A DNA stretch of 64,000 nucleotides from the NCBI GenBank assembly GCA_951406725.2, contig OX597832.1:54560001-54624000 (forward strand). Reading direction: 5' to 3'. Shown here one piece after another: positions 1 through 13,936 of this stretch (its first letter is position 1; every line of letters begins with the position of its first letter). Source of the DNA: Octopus vulgaris. Taxonomy: Eukaryota. The notes beneath the pieces are model-generated. The model was not told the DNA's origin. It saw only the letters and a list, made by a program, of their open reading frames with translations, and did not search any database. Position numbers and translations under genes: made by a program.

Positions 1-143
1 CAATTACATCTACCCCAGTGTTCAAGTGATGCTTAGTTTATCAACCTCCGAAAGGATGAAAAGCAAAGTCGACCGACCTATGCATAATTTGAACACAGAA
101 CATCAAGTCGAGCGAATTGCCTCAAAGCATTTTGCCCGGCGTA
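1..143 (-). mobile_element. SINE-B fragment (diverged)
   Basis: Reverse complement matches the SINE-B body (gtcgactttgcttttcatcctttcgg) seen at 18332 and 62603. Confidence 0.7.
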
Positions 144-240
144 GCGTGAAATGAAGTGTTTCGCTCAAGAACACAATGCTCTGCCTGGTTAAGGAATCGA
201 AACTGTGATCTTGCGATCGTAAGTGCAACACTCCTAACCA
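144..240 (-). mobile_element. SINE-D head fragment, interrupted by SINE-A
   Basis: tRNA-like head (tggttagg...gtttcgattcc) followed by ttcttgagcgaaacacttcatt; near-identical to 1430-1518. Confidence 0.7.
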
Positions 241-473
241 TATATATGTATGTGTGTGTGTATATGTCTGTGTGTCTGTGTTTGTTCCTCCAACATCGCT
301 TGACAACCAATGCTGGTGTGTTTACGTCCCCGTAACTTAGCGGTTCGGTAAAAGAGACAGATAGAATAAGTACGAGGCTTACAAAAAAGAATAAGTCCTG
401 GGGTCGATTTGTTCGACTAAAGGCGGTGCTCCAGCATGGCCGCAGTCAAATGACTGAAACAAGTAAAAGAATA
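241..473 (+). mobile_element. SINE-A, 5'-truncated
   Basis: 3' half of SINE-A (catcgcttgacaacc...ccagcatggccgcagtcaaatgactgaaacaagtaaaaga); the empty site is visible at 1511-1528. Confidence 0.9.
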
Positions 474-1429
474 TTACGCCATGAGACTTTACGTTCTCCC
501 TATTCGTAGAAATGAATTTTGTTTCCGCTTCAACGCAAAAACAATCGCCTGATACAAAAGTTTCGTTCGTTTGTTAACCTACTTATAAGAGATATCAAAC
601 AGCTTTACATAATATCTGTCATAATATTTTAAATCTATTGTTTCAATCGTTTAGTCTAAAAATATCTGACGTTGATTGTTGTCAGAACGAACGGCGATGC
701 TAAAAATGGAAAATTTAACAGATTAGATTTTGGTTGGAATTAGGATTTGTAAAAAAAAAAAAAAAAAAAATAAAATAAAATTCTATTGTTTTACCTATCT
801 GTGTTTATTGATCCGAAGATGAAATAGCTGGTAAAGTGCACATTGCTTGGGGAAAATCAAACTATGACACACTTCAGATTGTTCGGTGTTGAAAAATTTG
901 ATCAACGGAGTGTGAAGATGTTTTTTTATGTTATCACACACAGTTGAAAGCATATAAATATTATTTGTATTATAAGTAGAAAAGATATACGACAAGAATG
1001 TGCGAAGTTGAAATACATTCATACGTATCATCGAGTTGAAGTGAACATCATTCATTTCAAATTAAATCTCGTCTTATCCATCGCCATAAATATTGCTTTT
1101 TATTACAAACTTCCTATGAGTTAGCGCCATGTTAATGCTTTTGTCTTTATTTTTTTTTACAGTTGTTTAATGTACTTTATTTTGGGGGCTAAAATGACGT
1201 CACGTCTCAAACCACCATCGAGATTGAGAGATTTGCCACTTACCGTAGTTTAACCCTAGGTGAGTTTTGTTCGAGTAGGTCTGTGATCAAAACCATTCTT
1301 CCCTTAACTATCTTCCCCGCTTTTTTTTTTTTTTCTTTTTCAGTTTTATCACGGTCTGATTACATGATGAAATGATTTTTTTTTTAAGACAGAAGGGTGT
1401 GGCTTGAAGAAGATCCAGTTGCTATTTCT

Positions 1430-1637
1430 ATGAAGTGTTTCGCTCAAGAAACAATGCTCTGCCCGGTTCAGGAATCGAAACTGTGATCTTGCGATCGTAA
1501 GTGCAACACTCCTAACCATTACGCCATGCGACTTTACGTTCACCATATACATAGAACTGAATTTTGTTTCTGCTTCAACACAAAAGCAATCGCCTGATAC
1601 AAAAGTTTTGTTCGTTTGTTAACCCACTTATAAGAGA
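1430..1637. repeat. Local duplicate of 151-592 lacking the SINE-A insertion
   Basis: Direct alignment of 151-240 plus 474-592 with 1430-1637. Confidence 0.85.
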
Positions 1638-1884
1638 GGCCACCCTCATCGAATGGATGGAATTAAAACTTTCGTGTTTTTGTTGCGGTTAAGGAACGAC
1701 GTCAAACCGTGTTGAGTTGAGAATTAAAATTTCTGGCGAATCTTGGTGTCGAGGACTGCGTTTTGGGAAAGTTTGATGATATAACTTATATATCAGTCGG
1801 AATGTGATTCCATATCGAAAACGCTGAAACATTGGAACCATGAAACTTCAATCTAGCGAAGTCCCACCCAACCAATCTGATACT

Positions 1885-2090
1885 GGTTCCAAATTTTGAT
1901 ACAAGGGCAGCAATTTCTGGAAAAGTCGATTACATTGACCCCCAGTGTTCAACTGGTACTTATTTTATCGACCCTGAAAGTATGAAAAGCAAAGTCGACC
2001 TCGTCGGAATTTGAACTCAGAACGTAGAGACGGGCGAAATACTTATTTCTTTACTACCCACAAGGGGCTAAACACAGAGAGGACAAACCA
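1885..2090 (-). mobile_element. SINE-B (partial dimer)
   Basis: SINE-B body followed by the tail of a second unit (atttctttactacccacaaggggctaaacac). Confidence 0.8.
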
Positions 2091-2300
2091 TGACATTGAA
2101 ATTATTGAAAGTTTCGCAATTTTGTATTTCCTTAATATACATATTTATATGTATATATGCTGACTGGTGAACCAATCTTTTGGGGTCGCATTGAGCCTCA
2201 TTAAATGTTTATAAGTTTCATCCAAGGATTATTGTTACTATTACACACACACATACACACATACGCATACATACATATGACTATATATATATATATGTAT

Positions 2301-2339
<39 letters not shown>

Positions 2340-2425
2340 TATATACCTATATATATATACATATATGTATATACACACACATAACATATATACATAAACA
2401 CATTTATATATATGCACGTATATGT

Positions 2426-2461
<36 letters not shown>

Positions 2462-2465
<4 letters not shown>

Positions 2466-2487
2466 GTATATACTAGCATGCTTATAT

Positions 2488-2527
<40 letters not shown>

Positions 2528-2553
2528 ATATAAGCATGCTAGTATATACATGT
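2462..2553. repeat. Perfect 92-bp palindrome centred on (TA)n
   Basis: 29-bp arms at 2462-2490 and 2525-2553 are exact reverse complements around a TA tract. Confidence 0.95.
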
Positions 2554-2789
2554 ATATGACTTTACATATATTTATACATATAAATATAAAACAATACAAT
2601 ATGCCATGATATGATATGCATATAATATAATATATAAACGAAAATTCTGAGCTTCCGTTCAATTTTGTCGAACAAAACTGATTCCCAAGATCTCCAAGAT
2701 TAATTTCCTTTATTGCATGAGAATCGGCAAATGGTGAAACAGAGTGGCATTTTATGGAACTTCGGCTTAAAATAAAATTTTATTACCAA

Positions 2790-2790
<1 letters not shown>

Positions 2791-2820
<30 letters not shown>

Positions 2821-2920
2821 CTTCTTCTTCTTCTTCTTCTTCTTTACATTCTTCTTCTTCTTCTTCTTCTTCTTCTTCTTCTTCTTCTTCTTCTTCTTCT
2901 TCTTCTTCTTCTTCTTCTTC
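2791..2920. repeat. (TTC)n microsatellite
   Basis: Seen directly. Confidence 0.98.
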
Positions 2921-3207
2921 TTTATTGCGTCGACTCATTTTATTATCTGAAGAAGCAGACTCAGACGACACAATTTATTTTAAGCTGAGATGCCATAAAT
3001 AGCAACTACGTGTTCTACGTTTTACCGATTCCTTAGGAATGGAAAAAAAATCCAAGTCGAATCAAACGGTTTTCTGTTTTATATGATATGAAATAATAAC
3101 TTGAACATCGACATTTACAATGGAAAAATCTGTTGACATGGTTAGAACAAGAACAAGTCATAAAAAGATCGTCTGAAGTTCGCTCACTGCTTTTTTTGAA
3201 ATATTCC

Positions 3208-3896
<689 letters not shown>

Positions 3897-4313
3897 TTAT
3901 TTTCTATTGTTCTTTTTTCCTTTCTTCTTTCTATTTTTCCCTTTTTTCTGTCACATAACTTGACTTTGTAAAGAAAAAATCTGGCGTGTTTATTTTAATG
4001 GCCTACTAATGTGTACGGTGAGTTTCTTTGCCCTAGGTATCAGGAAGACACTCGGCAAAAAATGGAAACAAAGTTGATAGAATAATAGTAATAATGATTT
4101 CTTTTATTGGCTACAAGAGCCCAAGACACGAAGGACAATATCAAAGAAGAGTTATGATACACAAAAGCAAAAACAAAAACAAAAAACAAAAAAAAGGTGG
4201 GGACGGTTACATCGATTATACCAAAAGATACAACAAAGGATATGTAATAGAAATTAGAGAAGTAATTAAATAAATAATTAGAATTTTCAATAGCGAATAA
4301 ATCTACTAAGGGC

Positions 4314-4354
<41 letters not shown>

Positions 4355-4362
4355 TAATAATG

Positions 4363-4485
<123 letters not shown>

Positions 4486-4527
4486 GTAATGATGATGATG
4501 ATGATAATAATAATAATAATAATAATG

Positions 4528-4579
<52 letters not shown>

Positions 4580-4581
<2 letters not shown>

Positions 4582-5069
4582 GCCCTGATGCAGTACCAGG
4601 CAGTGGCTCTCGTGGCTGCTGATCTTAACTGATTGGAAGTGTTATCATGTACATTGTTTTGCCTTGGTATAAAATATGGGCTACAGCAAATATTCTGCTC
4701 AATACCACAGATTTGCTTGTCAGTTGTTTGACCTTAACCATGTTAAGCATGTCCCTTAGTGGCTGACGATATGTGCATCTCTAATCACGAGCAGAAGTAG
4801 TTGGGGAGCATCATAGCCATGTGTTGAAAGGAATTCTTTGGGGGTTGGATAATTCACCTTTGGAAACAAGGGTGTTTAGTTCAGCATCCTTAAAAAACAT
4901 GCAAGGTCATGTGCTGTTTACCCGGATATAAGATCACTATGTTGTGCACATATGGTTGTGATGCATGTGCCTGGTGTACCCTTATCAGGCGGGTAGTCAT
5001 GATGGGTATACTGGGCTTTGTGTATTTTACTCCAGTGTCACTTTGATAGCATGCACTGCTCTCCCACTC
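4580..5069. mobile_element. Putative non-autonomous element inserted in (TAA)n
   Basis: 490 bp of complex, higher-GC, non-coding sequence with sharp boundaries to TAA repeats on both sides. Confidence 0.55.
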
Positions 5070-5148
<79 letters not shown>

Positions 5149-5183
5149 GTAATAATAATAATAATAACAACAACAACAACAAC

Positions 5184-5239
<56 letters not shown>

Positions 5240-5245
5240 TAATAA

Positions 5246-6005
<760 letters not shown>

Positions 6006-6289
6006 TCATGCTTCATAACGACATAAAATATTGAATTTGAGATGTACATTCACAAAAGAATATCCTTTTTTGTTTCATGCGTGTATAATAAGTATAAGGC
6101 GCTTCTGCCCTCGTTATCTACAGTATATACACTTTAAACAATCAAAATGAAGAACATTTTTGTTAACGTGATTTTCACATTCATTGATGTTTCCGACATA
6201 GAATGTTTAAAAGCGCTCAACACCTTTGAATACAGACGCTACGCGTTCCAATCTCATTAAAAGGTTTTCTTTGATCTTTTAACATCTTT

Positions 6290-6809
6290 TCGTTCTATTA
6301 CCGCCTTCAGTCATTGGACTGCGACCATGTTGAGACACCGCTTTGACGAGTTTAGTCAAACGAATCGACAGCTTTGCTTATTTTTGTTTTCAGTCGGGTA
6401 CGTATTCTATCGAGCCGCTTAGTTATGAGGATATAAACAAACCAACACCGGTTATCAAGTGGTGTGTGCCTGTGTGTATGTGTGTGTGTGTATGGGGCTG
6501 GGAGATAAAGATACACACAAATACATATACATACATACATATGCATATTCATACATTTTTTTACTTGTTTCAGTCATTTGACTGCGGCCATGCTGAAGCA
6601 CCACTTTTAAACGAGCAACTCGACCCCGGGACTTATTCTTTGTAAGCCCAGTACTTATTCTATCGGTCTCTCTTGCCGAACCGCTAAGTGACGGGGACAT
6701 AAACACACCAGCATCGGTTGTCAAGCAATGCTAGGGGGACAAACGCAGATACACAAACACACACACGCATATATATATATATACACACATATATACGACG
6801 GGCTTCTTT
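6290..6809 (-). mobile_element. Two SINE-A copies (diverged ~6290-6520; younger, 5'-truncated ~6560-6809)
   Basis: Both match the reverse complement of the SINE-A 3' half. Confidence 0.8.
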
Positions 6810-6828
6810 GGAAATAGTACTGTGTATA

Positions 6829-6883
6829 TCCACTGATGAAGGTAAAGCATTTCTTATGTAAAGCCAGAAATCCGGGATCTGGA
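6829..6883 (+). ncRNA. Type I hammerhead ribozyme-like motif (Penelope-type)
   Basis: tcca-CTGATGA-a-ggt...gcc-a-GAAA-tccggg-ATC-tgga: 4-bp stem I, extended stem II, very short stem III. Confidence 0.55.
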
Positions 6884-7490
6884 ATTATCCAGTAATTTTC
6901 TGCTGGTTTATTTTGTCTTTTTCTCTTTTCTCCTGGTGTTGTATGAACATTTAATGTTGTTTTAGAGTCAAGTTTTGACTGCTATTTCCAGCGTGGTGGT
7001 ATCTCTTAGATACCCTAGATTATAATTATGTATATATATATATAGAAAGAGAGAGGAAGAAAAAGATAGGGGAGAGGGAGAGGGAGAAGGGAGGAAGAGA
7101 AGTTATATAATTAAAGAGAAAGCCATATGTCTTTACTTACATCAATAACCGAATCCTGTTAAATGAGACGCCAGTCGTGAGAAGAAATTATTGCCAACCA
7201 GAAAAATTACTATTTTTTAGCTTTTGTTTCTTTATACAGCTTCTTAAACCTGCTTGCATCATAATTAATTAAAACTGATAATGATATATATTTTCTCTGT
7301 TTTTGTTTATCTTTTATTTTTCTATATATGTTTTATCTTTTGAATTGCTTATCTTTGAAATTAAGAGCAAACTTGTTACTCTAATGGCAGCCATGTTGAT
7401 TGACTGCATTTTAAGCCTGCTTCAGTGATTATGATTAGAAAAGCTTGATTAGTAAACTACGTAGAGATATTCACACTTTCATTGGTCACA

Positions 7491-7532
<42 letters not shown>

Positions 7533-7534
7533 TG

Positions 7535-7568
<34 letters not shown>

Positions 7569-7570
7569 TA

Positions 7571-8017
7571 TGATGCAAAAATGTGACAAGATTGCAAAAC
7601 ATTCAGGCAATTAGGTGATGCAAAAAAGGGACAACGGAACATCCTGATAGACGATACAAAGAAAACCAGGATGGGTTATTCAGAGTTTTCTATCCTCAGT
7701 CGAGTTCCAGATTATCTTAGCAATTTCGGCTGGTTATACTCGAGATTGCTCCAATCTGGCCAGCCTCAAGGAAAAACTAAGCTAAGAACATTAGGTTCCT
7801 TGGAAGAAAACAGCGAATGTATACGAAAACAAGGACGGAAAAAAATGTTACACAAATACAAATAGCAGGACATAATAACAGGTGTCTTTCGACTAAGAAC
7901 GAATTAAATTAAGCTGGCATGTGTAGGAGTGAAGCCTTACGGCAGGGACATAAGAGATTGCAGGCATAGGGAGGAATACAGATGTTGCACGGATGGTAGT
8001 CGAACCAAGAAAGAAAA
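7571..8017. mobile_element. Unclassified interspersed repeat; second copy inverted at ~11480-11762
   Basis: gagattgctccaatctggccagcc.caaggaaaaactaagctaaga and ~200 bp beyond it recur in reverse complement; both copies abut (TA)n. Confidence 0.75.
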
Positions 8018-8215
8018 GTCACAGAGGGGACAAACAAGGACAAACAGATTAAGTCGATTACATCGACCCAAGTGCGTAACTGGTGCTTAATTTATCGACC
8101 CCGAAAGGATGAAAGGCAAAGTCGATCTTGGCGGGATTTGAACTCAGAACGTAACGGCAGACGAAATACGGCTACGCATTTCGCCCGGCGTGCTAACGTT
8201 TCTGCCACCTCGCCG
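8018..8215 (-). mobile_element. SINE-B monomer
   Basis: Head ggcgaggtggcagaaacgttagcacgccgggcgaaatg plus body. Confidence 0.85.
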
Positions 8216-8365
8216 AACCACCTCGGTTTAATCTCTGACAACACACTTCCCTATGCATATGATATTACCCTCTTTGTTCCTTCTAAACCCTACCTCTACG
8301 GCGCATAAGCGTCAGCCACGCGGAAAGTAGACAGATCACGTGATACTTACATTGCTTTCATACTC

Positions 8366-8571
8366 TCTCCTTCTTTTACTCTTTTACTTGTTTCAGTCAT
8401 TTGACTGTGGCCATGCTGGAGCACCACATTTAGTCGAGCAAATCGCCCCCAAGACTTATTCTTTTGTAAGCCTAGTACTTATTCTATCGGTTTCTTTTGC
8501 CGAACCGCTAGGTTACGGGGACGTAAACACACCAGCATCGGTTGTCAAGCGATGTTGGGGGTACAAACACA

Positions 8572-8638
<67 letters not shown>

Positions 8639-8833
8639 ACACACGCACACATATATATATATGCATATATATACGCCGGGCTTCTTTTGGTTTCCGTCTA
8701 CCAAATCCATTCACAAGGCTTTGGTCGGCCCGAGGCTATAGTAGAAGACACTTGCCCAAGGTGCCACGCAGTAGGACTGAACCCGGAACCATGTGGTTGG
8801 TAAGCGAGCTACTTACCACACAGCCACTCCTGC
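8366..8833 (-). mobile_element. SINE-A, full length
   Basis: tRNA-like head with A/B boxes, ggcaccttgggcaagtgtc core, internal TA/TG microsatellite and (gtaaaaga) tail. Confidence 0.92.
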
Positions 8834-9209
8834 ACACAGAAACGTCACACATAAACGTCAGAGATATTCTCCTATGACAACCAAAATCTCTTTGAACAAC
8901 ATCGAAACAGTCCCTAGACTAAACACTATATCTTCTCTTGACTTGAATATCAAACACGGATAACAAACGCAACGCAAATCAAAGGATGAGAGAGATGGGG
9001 CTTTAAGAGGTTACTCGATCTGGTAGAAAAAGCAGCCAAATATCCATGGAATCACATCTTGCGGTCTTCGATAAGCGGGTTACATTAGATAATGTAATCT
9101 TACGCGCATTAAATCTGAAATTATGACCGGGTGGTTGTGTGTGTGGCAAAATGTTGGTCATGGGGCTGATTAGGGGTTTATCAAAGGCAACAACGTCAGC
9201 AACAGCAAC

Positions 9210-9278
9210 ATGACAATGATGATGATGATGATGATGATGACGACGACGACGACGATGATGATGATGTTGTTGATGCAC

Positions 9279-9313
<35 letters not shown>

Positions 9314-10096
9314 CGACGATGATGATGATGACGATGATGGTAATGATGATGATGCTGATGATCATGATACTGACGATGTTGATTATGACAATGACGAAAT
9401 GATGATGACGATGACGACGATGATGATGCATTCCTTTCTATTTTAGCCCAAGGTCCACCCTGATAAGACAGACTTTCTACCTTTGATCATCCTCTTCTTT
9501 TAAGGCTGTACAGTATCATTCCAGGCATGTTCGGCTGGTATTTCTAGCAGATAGGGCGTCTTTGTAGAGGCTTTTCTTATTGGCTCTGTCAATCTTGCTG
9601 CTGTCTTACCCAAGGTCAACCCTGACTGTGTAGACCTAATGTCACACACTCCAGCCATGGCTACCACTTCCTACACTAAAACAATGTCATCAGAACATAA
9701 ACCGACACGTCCTTCATTTTTTATAACACTGTAGAGTGAGAATTAAGGGGTGTTGGCTGTTATTTCTCGTGCTGATGTTGGGGGAGACAGAAAAGTGGTG
9801 ATGGATTACAGTGCTGCTGTTGTTGTTGTTGTTGGTGTGGTGGTGGCGGTGGTAGAAGAAGAGGTGGTGGTCGTGGCTGTGGTGTTCCAGTGATGATGAT
9901 GGTGGACGACGATGATGATTATGCTGCAGCTGCTGCTGCTGCTGATGATGATGATGACGACGACGATGGTGACGATGATGATGATGATGATTATACTGCT
10001 GCTGATGATGATGGCGATGATGATGATGATGATAATGATGACGATGACGATGATGATGATGATGACGACGACGATGATGATTATGCTGATGGTGAA

Positions 10097-10146
<50 letters not shown>

Positions 10147-10360
10147 CGACGATGATGATGATGATGACGACGATGATGATGACGACGATGACGATGATGA
10201 TGAAGATGATGACGTCAACTACGATGACGACGACGACGACCATGATGATGATGATGATGATGATACGGATGATTATGACGTCATCAAAGACCACGACGAC
10301 GATGATGATGATGGCGATGATAATGATTATGATAATGATGATGATGATGATGCCGATTAC
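9210..10360. repeat. (GAT/GAC)n microsatellite tracts (9210-9430 and 9890-10360) with old repeat remnants between
   Basis: Seen directly; source of the poly-D, poly-M and poly-I ORFs. Confidence 0.9.
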
Positions 10361-10614
10361 GAAGACGAAAGCCTGTTCCATGATTCCAAGCCGACGCCAG
10401 CCACTGAGAATGGTGCCACAGCCAAGAAGTCTTCAGACGCCAATGTAAATATAATATTGAAAATGAATGGAGAGAGGTGGAGGGGAGGTGAAGTAGGAGG
10501 CGTTGAGGGTGAAGAAGGGGAGGAAGGCAATGCTAGCTCAATGTTATTTCTCCAGCTCGCTCATCTTAACCACACTGTCACTCCTTCTCTCTCTCATATA
10601 AACGTTACAATCCC

Positions 10615-10696
<82 letters not shown>

Positions 10697-10775
10697 ATCT
10701 TTCTATCTTTTTCTCTCTCTTTCATTCTTTCATTCTTTAGTTCTTTCCCTCTCTCAGCATGTATGTATATTTGTG

Positions 10776-10854
<79 letters not shown>

Positions 10855-10900
10855 GTATATATACGCATATATGCATACACACACTAATATTTATAAATAA

Positions 10901-10931
<31 letters not shown>

Positions 10932-11155
10932 CATACACACACACATACATACACAGAAACACACGCACACACACACACACACATAGGTGTAAACCAAGGT
11001 TGAACAACAGTTCCCGAATACCAAAGGCAAACTGTTACTCCGAGATTCACGTGATCCTTCATCAGACAACAGTTTCATATATACCAACGCAGGAAACTCT
11101 CGGACCTTGAATCACTTTGTTATTTCTGCTACAGATTCATATAGAGATACATACA

Positions 11156-11302
11156 CGTGGCTGTGTGTAAAGAAGCTTGCTTCCCATCCGTATGGCTCCG
11201 GGTTCAATTCCACTGCGTGGCACCTTCGGCAAGTGTCATCTACTATAGCCTCACGCCTTGTGAGTGGGTTTGGTAGATAGAAACTGAAAGAAGCCCGTCG
11301 TC
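11156..11302 (+). mobile_element. SINE-A 5' half (diverged)
   Basis: Head and core up to gaagcccgtcg. Confidence 0.8.
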
Positions 11303-11479
11303 GCCACTCCTTGATTCTTCTGTCTATCTGCTTCTACAACTCTCTCTCTCTCGCTCTCTTCTCCTCTCTCTCCTTAATTCTTTTGTTCCTTTTTCTCTCT
11401 CTCTTCTCTTCTCACGTGACCGATAGGCCAGACTGCTAGTCCTTTTGCGTCTGACCGAGGTCACTACCACATCGATATT

Positions 11480-11762
11480 TTTCCCTCTGCCGTAAAGCTT
11501 CATTTCCACACACGCCAGCTGAATTAAATTCGTTCCCAGTCGAAAGACGCCTGTTGTTATGTCCTGGTATTCTTCTTCCTCTTATTATTATTATTATTAT
11601 TTTTATTGTATTTTTGTATCTATATTCGTGTAACACCGTCTGTTTTTCTGTCCTTGTTTTCGTATACATTCGATGCTTTTTTTTTCCAAGGAATCTAATG
11701 CTCTTAGCTTAGTTTTTCCTTGGGGCTGGCCAGATTGGAGCAATCTCAAGAGTACTCAGCCG
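11480..11762. mobile_element. Second, inverted copy of the 7571-8017 repeat
   Basis: Reverse-complement match to ~7725-7950. Confidence 0.75.
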
Positions 11763-11861
11763 ATATATATATGTCTGTCTGTCTGTCTGTCTGTCTGTAT
11801 GTATGTGTGTGTGTATGTATGTGTGTATGTATGTGTGTATGTATGTATGTATGTATGTATG

Positions 11862-12041
11862 TATCGCTAGCCACGAAACCTTATTTTATTTTCTCTTCTT
11901 GTTTATTTTTGCGTTCCTTTCTGTCGAAGAGCGTAGGCTCGAAACGTAAAAGACTCTCTCACTTCCCGAGCGTTAAACTAATACATCTGTTTGCTGTTTA
12001 CACACCCGTCTTTGTCTATTGTTTTTTTGTAAATTCTCACT
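11862..12041 (+). mobile_element. Hammerhead-bearing repeat (family HH-U6), copy 1
   Basis: cttt-CTGTCGA-a-gagc-gtag-gctc-GAAA-c-GTA-aaag at 11917-11952; homologous to four other copies. Confidence 0.8.
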
Positions 12042-12073
12042 ATATATATATCTGTGTGGGTGTGTGTGTGTAT

Positions 12074-12112
<39 letters not shown>

Positions 12113-12135
12113 TACACACATACATACACACACAC

Positions 12136-12194
<59 letters not shown>

Positions 12195-12457
12195 TACATA
12201 TATCATTCAATATCAGTTTGACTCAGCTCCACGCAACTTAAAGTATCGTAGGCTCGCAAAACGAACCTAATTCGTCAAGCATCTACAGTTAGATTAACGG
12301 GATATGAGACAGATTCAAGATGGTTTCTAGATGTTAGGTCTCTATTGGACAAATCAGATCACGTGGCGTTAATGGTCTGGAAACGACATCAGCTATTTTT
12401 TTTTCTCGGCTCATGTCGACCTTCAGGATGGAGGTCGATAGTTGTACATATGTATGC

Positions 12458-12505
<48 letters not shown>

Positions 12506-12579
12506 CATATATATATTTATGTATGTATGTATGTATATGTATGCTTATACATATAATATACATATATATGTACATACAT

Positions 12580-12622
<43 letters not shown>

Positions 12623-12867
12623 CATACATACATACATACATACATGCATACATACATACATACATACATACATACATACATACATACATACATACATACA
12701 TACATACATACATACATACATACATACACACATACATACATACATACAAATATTAAAGTGCAGTACTAAGGTTGAAAAACATTTACTATCATATGAAACT
12801 ATGCTCTCCCCGCATATTTGTATGTGTACAATATGTATGCATATACACACATACATACATACATACA

Positions 12868-12909
<42 letters not shown>

Positions 12910-13480
12910 TATATGCATACACACATAGACACACACACACGCACACATACATATATACATGCTTGTACGTATGTATGATTTTCAGTATATATCCTCTGTG
13001 ACCATTACAGATAGTGAGATCGCAATCATGAAATTTCGCTATAAAAACACGACTTCACTTCACAGGATTCTCTTTCGGCATACTGTAATGGAACACATGG
13101 AGGCTTAGCTCCATGGTTATATGGCCTACACCTTAACAGGCACTTTAGAAACATTTTATATACATGCAAGCATACATACATACATACATACATACATACA
13201 TACATACATACATACATACATGCATAGATTAATACATACATACATTCATACATACATACTTACAAACATACATACATACATACATACATACATACATACA
13301 TACATACATACATACATGCATACATGCATACATACATACATACATACATGCATACATACATACATACATACATACATACATACATACATACATACATACA
13401 TGCATACATGCATACATACATACATACCTACATGCACACATACATGCATGCATACATACAGACATACATACGTATGTACA

Positions 13481-13554
<74 letters not shown>

Positions 13555-13884
13555 CACGCACACACATATATACATACATGCAAACACATATATATATATA
13601 TGCATGCTTGTATGTATTTATGTATATGTGTATTTTGTGTTCATCTGAGCATATATACATACACATCGTATATGTGTGTGTGTGTGTATACATGTATATA
13701 TAATGTGTGTATGAATATATATGCACACATATATATATGTGCATATATATGTGTGTGTGTGTGTGTATGTATGTATGTACCAACACATACACGCTCTCTC
13801 TCTCACACACACACATATATACAGATACGATATATATGTAGGTATAGATATGTGTTTATACGCTGGCATTTAGTAATCAACCTG

Positions 13885-13936
<52 letters not shown>

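Noticed and set aside
4580-4645. Possible HDV-like ribozyme at the left end of the TAA-embedded element
   Set aside because: I could not build the nested double pseudoknot by eye.
9890-10900. 336-aa Asp-rich ORF, and similar long ORFs at 14284, 16551, 31440, 38140 and 56079
   Set aside because: They are translations of GAT, CCA, CT, TACA or GTA repeats, open in several frames, with no domain content.
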